Shown here: one piece after another, positions 1 through 10,173 of the stretch
Layout: each line of letters begins with the position of its first letter
How positions within the stretch are numbered: position 1 is the stretch's first letter
Origin: Thermoleophilia bacterium UBA2241
GTDB taxonomy: Bacteria > Actinomycetota > Thermoleophilia > UBA2241
Direction: 5' to 3'
Assembly: GCA_002347645.1 (NCBI GenBank)
Contig: DDYF01000039.1
Location: 68,541 to 132,540 of the forward strand
DNA: 64,000 nucleotides
Program-made: the position numbers and the translations under genes
The notes under the pieces: generated by a model
The model's input: only the letters and a program-made list of their open reading frames with translations
The model's database searches: none
Told to the model about the DNA's origin: nothing

Positions 1-138
1 GAACCGTGACGGGCGCCGGGCGGGTCTCACGACCCGCCCGGCGCCCGTCGCATTCTGTCACGCGGGACGCGGCGCGGCGCCGGCGGGCTCACGGATACGA
101 CCCCTGGGCCCGCACCGGCTGCCGGGCGCGGCCGCGCC

Positions 139-1167
139 TCAGCCGAGCCGGCCCGCCACCCGCGCGACGATCTCGGCCGCCTCCTCCACGTCGGCGTCGT
201 CGAGGCCGAGGTGGGCGACGAAGCGCAGCGTCCAGACGCCTTCGTCGAGCGCCCAGAGGCCCTCCGCGGCGAGCAACGGCACGAGGTCGGCCGCCTTGCG
301 GCCGGTACCCCTCGTGTCGACGTACACCATGTTGGTCTGGACCTTCTCGAGGTCGAGGGCGAGCCCCGGCACCGTTGCGAGCGTCGCGGCCATGTGGCGG
401 ATACGGCGGTGGTCCTCGGCCATACGGTCGATGTTGTGCTCGAGCGCATACAAGCCGGCCGCGGCGATGATGCCCGCCTGGCGCATGCCGCCCCCGTACA
501 ACTTGCGCGCGCGGCGCGCACGCGCGATGGTCGTCGCGTCGCCGGCCAGCAGCGAGCCGACAGGCGCCCCGAGACCCTTGGAAAGGCACACGCTCACCGT
601 GTCGCACGGCGCCGCGATCTCGGCGAGGGGCACGCCGCTGGCGACGTGCGCGTTCCAGATGCGCGCCCCGTCCAGGTGCAGTCTCAGCCCGTGCCGGTCG
701 CAGAAGGCGCGCACGGCCCTGATCCCCTCCAGGGGGTAGACGACGCCGCCGCAGTGGTTGTGCGTGTCCTCGAGGCACACGACGCGCGTTGGTGCGAAGT
801 GGACGTCGTCGTCGCGGTGAACGTAGCCGTCCATGACGTCCGGGTCGAGCGTCCCGTCATCGGAGTCGAAGCAGCGAAGCTGGAGCTGGCTGAGCACCGC
901 GGCACCGCCCTGCTCGTAGAAGAGGATGTGCGCCTCGGCGTGCAGGAAGACCTCGTCGCCGCGCTGCGTCAGGCTGTGCAGAGCGGCCTGGTTCGTCATC
1001 GTGCCCGACGGGCAGAACAGTGCCGCTTCCTTGCCGAGCAGCTCGGCCGTCGACTGCTGAAGGCGGTTGACGGTAGGGTCGTCCTCGAAGACGTCGTCGC
1101 CGACCTCGGCCTCGGCCATCGCGCGTCGCATCTCGGGTCCCGGCTTCGTCACCGTGTCGCTGCGCAT
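139..1167 (-). CDS. ltaE: Low-specificity L-threonine aldolase (PLP-dependent, GlyA/LtaE fold). Start moved to the internal ATG (MRSDTVTKP...) inside ORF 139..1311.
   Basis: The ORF translation carries the threonine-aldolase N-terminal signature DTVTKPxxxMRxAMAxAEVGDDVxxEDPTVNxL, then [16 protein letters not shown]. The plus strand has CAT at 1165-1167. Length is about 343 aa. Confidence 0.7.
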   Translation of the reverse strand: MRSDTVTKPGPEMRRAMAEAEVGDDVFEDDPTVNRLQQSTAELLGKEAALFCPSGTMTNQAALHSLTQRGDEVFLHAEAHILFYEQGGAAVLSQLQLRCFDSDDGTLDPDVMDGYVHRDDDVHFAPTRVVCLEDTHNHCGGVVYPLEGIRAVRAFCDRHGLRLHLDGARIWNAHVASGVPLAEIAAPCDTVSVCLSKGLGAPVGSLLAGDATTIARARRARKLYGGGMRQAGIIAAAGLYALEHNIDRMAEDHRRIRHMAATLATVPGLALDLEKVQTNMVYVDTRGTGRKAADLVPLLAAEGLWALDEGVWTLRFVAHLGLDDADVEEAAEIVARVAGRLG

Positions 1168-1264
1168 GTCGATGACGCGCACCGGGCCGTCCTTACTGGT
1201 CGTCACGGTCGGTCTCCCTTCTCGTCGCCGGCCGGGGCGGCCGGAGCCGCGCACCCCCAGCCGG

Positions 1265-2356
1265 TCACAGCTGCCACTCGCCGTCCGCGAGCACGACGGT
1301 GCCGTCGACATCGACGGTCGGCCGCAGGATCATCATGTCCCAGTGCAGTGCCGACGCGTTGGTCCCGCCGAGCATCTCGTTGTCGCCCAGGGCCAGGTGC
1401 ACCGTACCGAGGATCTTCTCGTCGGTGAGCGTGTAGCCGCAGGGCTCGCCGACGGCGGGGTTGATGCCGATGCCCAGTTCGCCGATGACGTCGGCGCCGC
1501 TTCCCGATGCCGCGACGATGCGCTGCACGAACTCGAACTCCCGGGCCGCGCCCACAAGCGTCGCGCGGCCCGCGTCGAAGCGGACCTCCAGGTCTTCGAC
1601 GCGGCGCCCGTCCCAGAACGCGAGGTCGAAGACGACCGTCCCGTCGGCCTGGTCTTCGCGCGGGGCGAGGCACACCTCGCCGGCCGGCAGGTTCGAGAGG
1701 TCGGTCTCGCCCCCGACCACGCCGACGTCCTTGTCCGCCGGCCGGCCGGCGATGCCGAGGACCACGTCGGTCCCCTTCGGAGAGGTGATGCGCACCCGCC
1801 GCGCGCCGTGGAGCACGCCGGCCAGCGTATCGGCCTTGCGCCGCAACTCGCTGTAGTCGACGTCGAGACTGCGCCAGAACATGCCGGCGAAGGCGTCGTA
1901 GTCGAGCCCGAAGGCGGCCGCCTGGCCCGGCGTCGGGAAGTCCGTCCCGATCCAGCGCTTGCCTTCGACGAAGAACTGATCGACCACGGGCTTGCGCCCG
2001 CGGATGGCGGCCGCCTCACGCTCCGGGGCGACGTCCCCGAAGAGCATCGGGTCACCCAGTTCCATGCGGACCACGAAGGCCACGTCCGCAGCACGCGCCG
2101 CCTCGAGCTGGACGCGGGACGTGCGCTCCAGCTGCTCCGGCGGCAACTCGAGCAGACGACGGTGGGCCGCCTCGTCGCTGCGCGGGGCGACGAAGGCCGT
2201 CGCGCCCAGCAGCTCGCACTCGAACGCCAGCAGTTCGAGGTACTCGGCCGAGTCCATGCGGCCTTCGATGTAGACGTGCTCGCCGGCACGCACGTTCGCG
2301 CACTCGCGCACGATGCGGCGCGCGGCGTTGCGGATGCGCTCGTCGAGGATGGTCAT
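1265..2356 (-). CDS. M29 family aminopeptidase (AmpS / aminopeptidase T-like)
   Basis: 363 aa ORF with the M29 hallmark blocks GTVHLALG and GIGxNP. ATG at 2356 (CAT at 2354-2356 on the plus strand). Confidence 0.7.
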   Translation of the reverse strand: MTILDERIRNAARRIVRECANVRAGEHVYIEGRMDSAEYLELLAFECELLGATAFVAPRSDEAAHRRLLELPPEQLERTSRVQLEAARAADVAFVVRMELGDPMLFGDVAPEREAAAIRGRKPVVDQFFVEGKRWIGTDFPTPGQAAAFGLDYDAFAGMFWRSLDVDYSELRRKADTLAGVLHGARRVRITSPKGTDVVLGIAGRPADKDVGVVGGETDLSNLPAGEVCLAPREDQADGTVVFDLAFWDGRRVEDLEVRFDAGRATLVGAAREFEFVQRIVAASGSGADVIGELGIGINPAVGEPCGYTLTDEKILGTVHLALGDNEMLGGTNASALHWDMMILRPTVDVDGTVVLADGEWQL

Positions 2357-2645
2357 GGGTCCGCTCCGTACGGTCGGCTGTCGTCACTGGTCCCGGGAGC
2401 GCCGCGCCTGCGGCCGCTCACCCGGCCGTGAGGCTAGCACTCGCGCGAGGCAGCGACCAGCCGGGACCGCCCGCCGCGCTCAGGCGGGCGGGCCGGCAGG
2501 GATCGGCCGGTCTGCCTGGCCGGCGCCGAGGCAGGCGTGGATGCCGGCCGCGGTGAGGAGAGACGCCGCCGTGACGGACTGGCTTGGGCGAATGCGCCGT
2601 ACGATGGCCGGGCGTCTTCTGCAAGGTGCGCAGCGGATTCCCGAG

Positions 2646-2730
2646 GACTGACGGGGATATACCCCCCTAGGTTTACCATCCTAAAGCATACGCTTGAATC
2701 TGCATACGAATATACCCCGGGGGTATCGCA
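2646..2730. promoter_or_regulatory. AT-rich island with two GC-core palindromes, GGGGATATACCCCCC (2653-2667) and tATACCCCGGGGGTATc (2711-2727), a candidate CsoR/RcnR-type or other operator.
   Basis: Seen directly in sequence. It sits in the 430-bp gap upstream of the aminopeptidase (minus strand) and of a micro-ORF (plus strand). Confidence 0.3.
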
Positions 2731-2788
2731 CATACCAGGACCATCTTGGTACTCTTTCGTTGGGTCTTACCCACGAAAGGGGCTGGCC

Positions 2789-2920
2789 GTGAGCCTTCTC
2801 GAGGTCGTGATGTGGTTCGCCGTCTCGGCGTTCCTCGTCTTGCGCGTCGCCATGCTGGCCGCCTTCGTCCTGCTCCCGGTGAGCATCGTCAAGATGATCC
2901 ACCGGCACTCGACGGCCTAG
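2789..2920 (+). CDS. Hypothetical small hydrophobic protein, about 43 aa, single transmembrane helix. GTG start, with an alternative ATG at 2810.
   Basis: The tail of ORF 2537..2920 reads VSLLEVVMWFAVSAFLVLRVAMLAAFVLLPVSIVKMIHRHSTA. An AAAGGGG Shine-Dalgarno lies 8 nt upstream of GTG 2789. Weak call. Confidence 0.25.
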   Translation: MSLLEVVMWFAVSAFLVLRVAMLAAFVLLPVSIVKMIHRHSTA

Positions 2921-3581
2921 GCGGACAAGACAACCGGATCGTCCCACCCCCGCTCGACCGGCCCGGTGCCGGACCGGCGGTGAGTCTGACGCACGCGTTC
3001 CAGCAGACGATGCCGAGCAGACCGGCGAGCAGCATCAGCCTCCGCTCCTCCGGCATCGGGTCCCAGTAGATCGCTCGTTGCGCGCGCAGCTCGCGGCCAA
3101 GGTCGACGTCGCTCGGCCAGCGCAGCGCGGACCAGCCGCCTCCGTCAGTCCCCGCGATGGCGCGCCGCGCGTTCTCGCTCGCCGTCGGCACCTTCCCCGG
3201 GTAATCGACCCAGATGTGGTCGAACGACATGCGCAACTCGTGGGGGATCCCCTTCGCGGCCAGCACGCTGGCCAGGACGAGAGCTCGGCTCTCGCAGTCC
3301 CCGCGCCGCGCCGCGAGGGCGTCGCCGGCGGTGGGAAAGCTCCAGGGGACACCGCCGGCTTCCCAGTCCGAGGCGTACGGCACCACCTCGCTCAGGATGA
3401 GACGCTCGATCTCGCGCGGGTCATCGGGCAACGAGGCGGCAAGGGCGCCGGCGGCGCCGGGGTCGGCGTGCGCCGCCCGCAGGTTGCGCACGCTCGCCAG
3501 CAGCACGCCCGGGTGGGGGTACAGGACGACGACCACCCAACTGATGGCGAGGAACGCAAGGACGCGGCGCGATACAGGCAT
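2889..3581 (-). CDS. Membrane-anchored transglutaminase-like / papain-like cysteine peptidase domain protein
   Basis: 230 aa with an N-terminal transmembrane segment. The RRGDCESRALVLASVLAAKGIPHELRMSFDHIWVDY stretch gives Cys...His...Asp spacing typical of transglutaminase-like cores. ATG at 3581. Confidence 0.45.
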   Translation of the reverse strand: MPVSRRVLAFLAISWVVVVLYPHPGVLLASVRNLRAAHADPGAAGALAASLPDDPREIERLILSEVVPYASDWEAGGVPWSFPTAGDALAARRGDCESRALVLASVLAAKGIPHELRMSFDHIWVDYPGKVPTASENARRAIAGTDGGGWSALRWPSDVDLGRELRAQRAIYWDPMPEERRLMLLAGLLGIVCWNACVRLTAGPAPGRSSGGGTIRLSCPPRPSSAGGSS

Positions 3582-3646
3582 GGCCGGATTGTACGACGTG
3601 ACGAAGGCCGGGGAGCGTCCCCGACCCCGGTATATACTCCTGACCC

Positions 3647-4402
3647 ATGGATGCGACCGGACCGACGCTACTGCGGCGCGCCTTGGCCGTCCTCCAGGCG
3701 AAGCAGTACCTCGTCTTCTACGCCATCCCGCTCTACGCGCTGTCGGCGCTCGTGCCCCTCGTCTTGTCGTGGCAACGCGCGGGAGGGTCGGTCGACGAGA
3801 CCGTCGAGCGCGCGCAGGCGCCCCTCTACGACGTCGCCGCCGCGCCCGGCGCGACCGCCATCGTCGTGCTGCTCGTCTACCTCGGCGTGTTCACGTGGTT
3901 CCGGGCGGGCTACATCCGCTCGATCGTGAGCCGGTTCCGGCTGCGGCCGCAGGACGGACGACAGTTCGCCTCGCTCCTCGGCCTCCATCTTCTCATCGAG
4001 CTCGCCACCGCCGCCGGCGCGTGGGTCATCGTCGGCTCGGGTGACGCGACGGCGGTCACGCTCACCGGCATCGTCGTCTTCCTCTTCAGCATCGTGGTGA
4101 TGTACGCCGACTACGCGATCGTGATCACCGGCCTCGACCCGGTGCGAGCGATCGCGCGCTCGTGGGTGTGCGTCGGCGCCAACCTCGGCCTCTCGGCGTT
4201 CGTCGTCCTCGTCGTGAACCTTCTCGCCACGGCGGCGGGAACGCTCCTCGCCCTCAGCGTGACCGACGGCCTCATGCAGGCCGCCCCGCTGCTGGTCGTC
4301 TACGTCGTGGTCATGGGCGTGGTCACGTTCGTCGCCGACGTGGTGCTGGTGGTCGCGTACACGCACGCCGTCGAGACGGGGAGGTTGCCGCATGCCCGCT
4401 GA
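3647..4402 (+). CDS. Hypothetical polytopic membrane protein
   Basis: 251 aa with several hydrophobic segments. ATG 3647 lies about 8 nt after a TATATACT -10-like box, so the transcript is probably leaderless. Confidence 0.5.
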   Translation: MDATGPTLLRRALAVLQAKQYLVFYAIPLYALSALVPLVLSWQRAGGSVDETVERAQAPLYDVAAAPGATAIVVLLVYLGVFTWFRAGYIRSIVSRFRLRPQDGRQFASLLGLHLLIELATAAGAWVIVGSGDATAVTLTGIVVFLFSIVVMYADYAIVITGLDPVRAIARSWVCVGANLGLSAFVVLVVNLLATAAGTLLALSVTDGLMQAAPLLVVYVVVMGVVTFVADVVLVVAYTHAVETGRLPHAR

Positions 4403-4733
4403 CGACCTGAGGACCCGCCACGCCGGCCCGCCCGCGCCGCCGAGCGCGCCGAGTGAACGCCGGATCTCGATCCAGGTGGGGACCCTCTTCGGGCTCGACG
4501 TGCGCCCGAGCAGGACCTTCGTCTGGCTCGGACGCCGCCGCGCCGGCGAAGAGACGATCGTCTCGTTGGGCGGGCCGCCGTCGGTACCGCGCCGCCCGCT
4601 TGAAGAGCACGTCAAGCACGTCGGCGCGGCGGAGATCTCGTATGCCGGTCACCCCGCGGTGACCGTGCCCCTCTCGGCGTATCGCGCGGCGCGGCAGGCG
4701 TGGCTCGCGCGTCGCGCCCGGCGCCGCCCCTGA
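4392..4733 (+). CDS. Hypothetical protein, 113 aa, no family recognised
   Basis: The ORF overlaps the stop of the upstream gene by 11 nt. Codon usage is plausible but the call is weak. Confidence 0.3.
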   Translation: MPADDLRTRHAGPPAPPSAPSERRISIQVGTLFGLDVRPSRTFVWLGRRRAGEETIVSLGGPPSVPRRPLEEHVKHVGAAEISYAGHPAVTVPLSAYRAARQAWLARRARRRP

Positions 4734-4795
4734 CCCGCAGGCAGTAGCCCGGGGGGCGGTGCGCGTGCGACAATGGCAGCGGCCCGCCATCGGGG

Positions 4796-5722
4796 ATGAG
4801 GATGAACGAACCGGCTCTCAAGCACGTCGCCACGGACGCCCCGAACACGCCCGCTGCCGAGCCCCTGGCGTCCGCCGCGAGACCGCGCCCCGAGAACCCA
4901 TACGCGCTGGAGATCCGGCGCCGAAGGCTCAGGATCGCCGCTGCGTGTGGCGGCGCGCTGACGCTCGTCGCGCTGCTCGCCGCCTGGCACGTGCACTCCG
5001 CCGATGCGCACTACGACCGCGGCCGGCGCGCCTTGGAGGAGCGGCGCTTCTCCGTGGCGATCCAGGAGCTCAACGCGGCGCGGTTCCTTCTGTTCACCTA
5101 CCGTGACGCCGACGAGCTGGCGGCCCAAGCGGCCGCGGCGCTCAACGCGAGCCTGGAGAGCGAGAGCCTGCAGCAGGTGCGGCTCGAGGAGGCCGTGGCG
5201 AGAGACGTCGCGCTCGCCGGCTCGAGCTTGGCCGAGGGTGAGGCGACGGCCGCGGCCCGAGCACTCGCCGACGCACGTAAACGCGTCCCGGAGGGTCCAC
5301 TCTCCGCGGACCCCCTCACGCTGGCCTCCCTCCAGTCGCTCTCTCGGAAGCTGTCCGCGGCCGGTCGCGCGGCGCTCGGTGCCGGCCGCTGGGGCGTCGC
5401 CGGGAGCTGCGCCGAGGGCCTGCTCTCGATCGCGCCGGGAGACGAGAAGGCCCTGCGCCTCGCCGGGAAGGCGGCGCTCGGCGCGCGGCTGGCGGCACGC
5501 CTGGACACGGCGCGGGAGGCCGCGGACCGCGGTCAGTGGAGGCGGGCGCTCAGCATCGCGACGAACGTCCTCGCGCGCTGGAAGGACTTCCCGGGCGCCA
5601 GGTCGCTGGTCGGGCGGGCAGAGGCAGCCCTCGCGCCGAAGCCGCCGCCTCAGGAGCCGGTCGTCGTCCCGACCGCGACCCCTCGACCCACCGCCGCACC
5701 GCCTGCTCCCCCGCCGCCGTGA
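4796..5722 (+). CDS. Hypothetical Ala-rich protein with one N-terminal transmembrane helix and a Pro-rich tail
   Basis: 308 aa ORF with a transmembrane segment near residues 45-65, then a long Ala/Leu/Arg-rich helical region and a PPxP C-terminus. Confidence 0.4.
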   Translation: MRMNEPALKHVATDAPNTPAAEPLASAARPRPENPYALEIRRRRLRIAAACGGALTLVALLAAWHVHSADAHYDRGRRALEERRFSVAIQELNAARFLLFTYRDADELAAQAAAALNASLESESLQQVRLEEAVARDVALAGSSLAEGEATAAARALADARKRVPEGPLSADPLTLASLQSLSRKLSAAGRAALGAGRWGVAGSCAEGLLSIAPGDEKALRLAGKAALGARLAARLDTAREAADRGQWRRALSIATNVLARWKDFPGARSLVGRAEAALAPKPPPQEPVVVPTATPRPTAAPPAPPPP

Positions 5723-5731
5723 CGGTGGCGT

Positions 5732-7327
5732 CTACTCCCACTCGATGGTGCTCGGCGGCTTGCTCGAGACGTCGTAGACGACGCGGTTGACCTCGGGCAC
5801 CTCGTTGATGATGCGCGACGAGACCTTCTCGAGCAGCTCGTAGGGCAGGCGCGCCCAGTCGGCCGTCATCGCGTCGTCGCTCTTCACGGCCCGGATGGCG
5901 ATCGGGTAGCCGTACGTGCGCTCGTCGCCCTGTACGCCGACGCTGCGGATGGCGGGCAGGATCGCGAAGCACTGCCAGAGCTCGCGGTAGAGCCCGGCCT
6001 TCTTGACCTCGTCCTGCAGGATGGCGTCGGCACGCTGCAGGATGTCGACGCGCTCGGCCGTGATCTCGCCGATGATGCGGATGCCGAGGCCGGGGCCCGG
6101 GAAGGGCTGGCGCCAGACGATGCGCTCGGGCAGGCCGAGCTCCTCGCCCACGGCGCGGACCTCGTCCTTGAACAGGAGCCGCAAGGGCTCCACGAGTTCG
6201 AAGCCCATCTTCTCGGGCAGGCCACCGACGTTGTGGTGGCTCTTGATCTTGGCGGCCTGCCGCGTCCCGCTCTCGATGACGTCCGAGTAGAGCGTCCCCT
6301 GCACCAGGAACCGCGCATCGGTGAGCTTGCGCGCCTCCTCCTCGAAACAGCGGATGAACTCCTCGCCGATGATCTTACGTTTGCGCTCGGGCTCGGTGAC
6401 GCCGACGAGCTTGTCGAGGAAGCGCCGTTTGGCGTCGACGGCGACGAGCGGGATGCCGAGGTGCTCGGTGAAAATCTCGACGACGTGCTCCGCCTCCTTC
6501 CAGCGCATCATCCCCTGGTCGACGAACACACAGGTGAGACGGTCGCCGATCGCCTTGTGCACGAGCACGGCGGCGACCGACGAGTCGACGCCGCCCGACA
6601 GGCCGAGGACGGCCTTGTCGGCCGGCCCGACCTGCTCGCGGATGCGCTTGACCTGCTCCTCGATGATCGACGCCGCCGTCCATGACGGCGTGCAGTCGCA
6701 GGCCTCGTAGAGGAAGTTCTTGAGGACGTCCATGCCGCGAGGGGTGTGGACCACTTCGGGGTGGAACTGGACGGCGTAGAAGCCGCGCTCGCGGTTCTCC
6801 ATCGCGGCGACGGGGGCCCGGTCTGTGCTCGCGAGCGTCATGAAGCCCTCGGGAGCGACCGCGATGCCGTCGCCGTGGCTCATCCAGCACTGCTCGTCCT
6901 CGGCCAGGCCGCCGAGCAGCAGGCCGTTCGCGGTGACGTGCAGCTGGGTCTTGCCGAACTCGCGGACGCCGGTCTTCGCCACGGTGCCGCCGAGCAGCTG
7001 CGCCATGAACTGGGCGCCGTAGCAGATACCGAGGATCGGGATGCCGAGCTCGAGGAGGCGCGGGTCGGGGCGCGGGGCTCCCTCGACGTACACGCTCATC
7101 GGCCCGCCGGAGAAGATCAGCCCCTTCGGCCGGCGGGCGACGATCTCCTCGACGGAGACATCGTGTGGGACGAGTTGCGAGTACACGCGGCACTCGCGCA
7201 CGCGGCGGGCGATCAGCTGGCCGTACTGCGCCCCGAAATCAAGGACCAGGACGGTGTCGAACCCGGCAGCTTGTCCCGGCGGCCCGTCCATGACGGACCT
7301 CCCTTCCGTGGCCGTCGTCTCGCTCAC
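5732..7327 (-). CDS. guaA: GMP synthase (glutamine-hydrolysing)
   Basis: 531 aa. It has the class-I glutamine amidotransferase domain ([20 protein letters not shown], with ICYGAQ at the active-site Cys), an ATP-PPase SGGVDSSV P-loop and the C-terminal dimerisation domain ending IEWE. Confidence 0.9.
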   Translation of the reverse strand: MSETTATEGRSVMDGPPGQAAGFDTVLVLDFGAQYGQLIARRVRECRVYSQLVPHDVSVEEIVARRPKGLIFSGGPMSVYVEGAPRPDPRLLELGIPILGICYGAQFMAQLLGGTVAKTGVREFGKTQLHVTANGLLLGGLAEDEQCWMSHGDGIAVAPEGFMTLASTDRAPVAAMENRERGFYAVQFHPEVVHTPRGMDVLKNFLYEACDCTPSWTAASIIEEQVKRIREQVGPADKAVLGLSGGVDSSVAAVLVHKAIGDRLTCVFVDQGMMRWKEAEHVVEIFTEHLGIPLVAVDAKRRFLDKLVGVTEPERKRKIIGEEFIRCFEEEARKLTDARFLVQGTLYSDVIESGTRQAAKIKSHHNVGGLPEKMGFELVEPLRLLFKDEVRAVGEELGLPERIVWRQPFPGPGLGIRIIGEITAERVDILQRADAILQDEVKKAGLYRELWQCFAILPAIRSVGVQGDERTYGYPIAIRAVKSDDAMTADWARLPYELLEKVSSRIINEVPEVNRVVYDVSSKPPSTIEWE

Positions 7328-7378
7328 GAGCTCACGTCCTCCCCGTCGCGGGCGTCAGGAGCAGGTCCGGCCGCGCCC

Positions 7379-8536
7379 TCAGCCCATTCCGACGTCTTGT
7401 TCCTTCTGGAGCTTCTTGCCCTCGGTCATGAGCGCCGGTGCGACCATGACCTCGGCCTTCTGGAACGCCTGCAGGGTCTCATAGCCGCAGGTCGCCATCG
7501 AGGTCTTGAGCGCCCCGAAGAGGTTGAGCGTGCCGTCGTTCTCGTGCGCCGGGCCGGTGAGGATCTCGGCCAGCGTGCCCTTGATGCCCGCCTGGACGCG
7601 CGTACCGCGCGGCAGCTCGGGGTGGAACGTCGCCATACCCCAGTGGAAGCCGCGACCAGGCGCCTCGGCGGCGCAGGCCAGCGGCGAGCCGACCATCACC
7701 GCGTCGGCACCCAGGGCGATGGCCTTGGACACGTCGCCGCCCGTGCGCATACCGCCATCGGCGATGACGTTGCAGTACTGGCCCGTCTCCAGGAGGTGCT
7801 GGACGCGCGCCGCCGAGGCGTCGGCGATCGCCGTCGCCTGGGGCACGCCGATGCCGAGCACGCCGCGCGTCGTGCAGGCGTGGCCGGGACCGACGCCGAC
7901 GAGCACGCCGACCGCACCGGTGCGCATGAGGTGGAGCGTCGTCGCGTAGGACGCGACGCCACCCACGATGACCGGCACCGGGCAGTCGGCGATGAACCGC
8001 TTGAGGTCGAGGGGCTCGACTTTGCTCGACACGTGTTCGGCCGAGACGACCGTGCCCTGGATGACGAGCACGTCGAGCCCGGCGTCGAGTGCGACCTTGT
8101 AGAACTCCTCCACCCGTTGCGGGGTGAGCGAGCCGGCGGCCAGCACGCCCCCGTCCTTGATCTCCCCGATCCGGCGCGCGATGAGCTCGGCCTTGAGCGG
8201 TTCCTGGTAGATCTCCTGCATGGTGCGCGTCGCGGTGTCCTTGGGCAGCGCGGCGATACGGTCGAGCTGTTCGTCCGCGTTCTCGTAGCGCGCCCAGAGG
8301 CCCTCGAGGTTCAGGACGGCGAGGCCGCCGATGCGCCCCATCTCGATGGCGAACGCCGGGCTCACGACGCCGTCCATGGCCGAGGCCAGACAAGGGATCT
8401 GCAGCGTGTGCGGCCCGAACTTCCAGGTGATGTCGACATCGTCGACGTCGCGCGTGCGCCGGCTCGGGACGATGGCGATGTCGTCGAAGCCGTACGCGCG
8501 CCGGCCCTTCTTGCCGCGACCGATCTCTACGTCCAT
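7379..8536 (-). CDS. GuaB3-type IMP dehydrogenase-family protein (IMPDH/GMP-reductase TIM barrel, no CBS insert). Start moved to the internal ATG (MDVEIGRGKK...).
   Basis: ORF 7379..8587. The FDDIAIVPSRRTRD stretch and the Cys-containing active-site loop GVGPGHACTTRGVLGIGVPQATAI are present. It lies next to guaA, as in the actinobacterial guaB2/guaB3/guaA arrangement. Confidence 0.8.
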   Translation of the reverse strand: MDVEIGRGKKGRRAYGFDDIAIVPSRRTRDVDDVDITWKFGPHTLQIPCLASAMDGVVSPAFAIEMGRIGGLAVLNLEGLWARYENADEQLDRIAALPKDTATRTMQEIYQEPLKAELIARRIGEIKDGGVLAAGSLTPQRVEEFYKVALDAGLDVLVIQGTVVSAEHVSSKVEPLDLKRFIADCPVPVIVGGVASYATTLHLMRTGAVGVLVGVGPGHACTTRGVLGIGVPQATAIADASAARVQHLLETGQYCNVIADGGMRTGGDVSKAIALGADAVMVGSPLACAAEAPGRGFHWGMATFHPELPRGTRVQAGIKGTLAEILTGPAHENDGTLNLFGALKTSMATCGYETLQAFQKAEVMVAPALMTEGKKLQKEQDVGMG

Positions 8537-8711
8537 GCGGTCCTCCTCCGTGGGCCGAGTGCGAGGGTAAACGAAAGACCCGGGCACAGCCGTACCGGGG
8601 TCTCGAGGTCGTGTCGTCTGCTCTGCGGAACGCCTGCGCTGTGGGGGCTCAAGTTCGCCCGATGCTACCAGCGGCCCATGGGAGGGTCAACACATCCGCA
8701 GGGCCTCGCCG

Positions 8712-9671
8712 TCACGGTCGCGGCGCGGGCTCCAACTCGTCCACGTCGGCGGTCTCGACCAGCTGCCGCGCGTGCTCAGCGTCGAGCATGCCGGCGCCGA
8801 ACAGCTGGGTGTTGGCGGCGCCCGCGGCGAGGGCGGCGCGCAGGCAGTCGGGCAGCTCGCGCCGCGACACGCGCGCGTCGAGGAAGCCGGCGAGGAACGC
8901 GTCGCCGGAGCCGACGGTGCTGACGACGGTCTCGATCTCGGTGATGCGCGCCTGATACACATGGGCGCGCTTGCCCCGCGTGAACCGCGCGACGCAGCCC
9001 AGCGGCGTCTTGATGATGACGTTGCGCGCGCCGAGGTCGCAGATCGCCGCGGTGGCGTCGACGATGTCCTGGTCGTCGTGGAACTCGTGGCCCACGAGGT
9101 CTTCGGCTTCGCGGAGGTTCGGCGTGACGAGGTGAGGACGGGCGCGCACGCCGAGCCGCAGGGGCTCGCCGTAGCTGTCCAGCACGAGGTAGCAGCGGTA
9201 CCGGCGCAGGCGCTCCATGACCGTCGCGTAGAACTCCTCGGGCACCTTTCGCGGCAGCGAGCCGGCGAGGGCGACGACGCTGGCGCCCTTGGCGAGGTAC
9301 TCGATCTTGTCGAGCAGGGCGGCCAGTTCCTGTGCGGTCACGATGGGCCCGTACTCGATGACCTCGGTCTGGGACATGGTGGTGGGGTCGATGACCACGG
9401 TCGACGTCCGCGACTCGCCGGCGATGTGGACGACGTCGTTGAGGATGTTCTCGCGCGTGAGGCCTTCGACGATCTGCTGCCCGGCGCGGCCCCCCACGAG
9501 ACCCGTGACGACGACCGGCTGCCCCAGAGCTTTGAGTGCCCGCGCGACGTTGACGCCTTTGCCCCCCGGCAGCGTGAGGCTGTCGCTGGCGCGATGCCGG
9601 AACCCCGTCTGGAAGTTGGGCACGGTCAGCGTCTTGTCGATGGCCGCGTTCGGTGTGACGGTGATGATCAC
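8712..9671 (-). CDS. PfkB-family sugar kinase (1-phosphofructokinase / tagatose-6-phosphate kinase-like)
   Basis: 319 aa with the ribokinase-family blocks LPGGKGVNVA and the C-terminal DTVGSGDAFLAGF anion hole. GTG start (CAC at 9669-9671 on the plus strand). Confidence 0.75.
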   Translation of the reverse strand: MIITVTPNAAIDKTLTVPNFQTGFRHRASDSLTLPGGKGVNVARALKALGQPVVVTGLVGGRAGQQIVEGLTRENILNDVVHIAGESRTSTVVIDPTTMSQTEVIEYGPIVTAQELAALLDKIEYLAKGASVVALAGSLPRKVPEEFYATVMERLRRYRCYLVLDSYGEPLRLGVRARPHLVTPNLREAEDLVGHEFHDDQDIVDATAAICDLGARNVIIKTPLGCVARFTRGKRAHVYQARITEIETVVSTVGSGDAFLAGFLDARVSRRELPDCLRAALAAGAANTQLFGAGMLDAEHARQLVETADVDELEPAPRP

Positions 9672-9892
9672 GTGGCTGCCCCGTCGTGGACCCTGCGTGA
9701 CGAAGCCGGCGCCTCTTCACCCCCGCGCCGGCCCCACTGCGGCAGAGAGTATAGCACCGCGACGGGCCGCCGGCGCGGGCGTGATTGCGGTGGCCGGCGC
9801 GGGCGCGCGACGGGGCCGCGGTGGTCCGGCGGGCCACCTTGACACCAGCCTCGCGCCGGGAGTACCGTTCGGGCGCGTCACACCATGGCGCA

Positions 9893-10055
9893 ATCCTCGT
9901 TAGGTGAGGCTCCGGCACACATAGAGGCCGTTGCCCGGAAACGTCGAGAGACGCCGACGGGTAGGACAGGCACTACCGGCTCAAGGTTTTGCCCCAAACG
10001 GCTGAGGCCCTGACCTCTACGGTGTGCTGTGCTAAAGCTTTGGACGAGAGAGGAT
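9893..10055 (+). ncRNA. M-box (ykoK leader) Mg2+-sensing riboswitch in the 5' leader of the MgtE-N/CBS and NRAMP unit
   Basis: The stretch ...cgTTAGGTGAGGCTCCggcacacatagaggccgttGCCCggAAAcGTCGAGAGACGCCgAcGGGTaggACAGG...GTGCTAAAGCTttgGACGAgag matches conserved M-box blocks in order (GTTAGGTGAGGCTCC, GCCCAAAAATGTCGAAAGACGCCAATGGGT, AGTGCTAAAGCTCTACGA). It lies upstream of start 10174. Confidence 0.7.
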
Positions 10056-10173
10056 CGCCCAAGCCTGCTGCGCGCACGGAGCCTTCCGCGAGGAGGGCTC
10101 GACGTTGTTAAGGGGCCGCCCCGCCCCCCGCGCGAGGGGCGGCCGCACCGCACGCGGAAAGGGGGTGCGACAG

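Noticed and set aside
6746-8923. A 725-aa ORF on the plus strand, and similar long ORFs at 19016..21250 (+), 35071..37416 (-), 56136..58202 (+), 1067..2431 (+) and 10029..11459 (+)
   Set aside because: All lie antisense to, or frame-shifted from, strongly supported genes (guaA/guaB3, rnr, ABC permease, MMPL, aminopeptidase, MgtE-N). Their translations are Arg/Ala/Gly/Pro-rich low-complexity strings, which is typical of stop-codon-poor 72% GC DNA, and they carry no recognisable domains.
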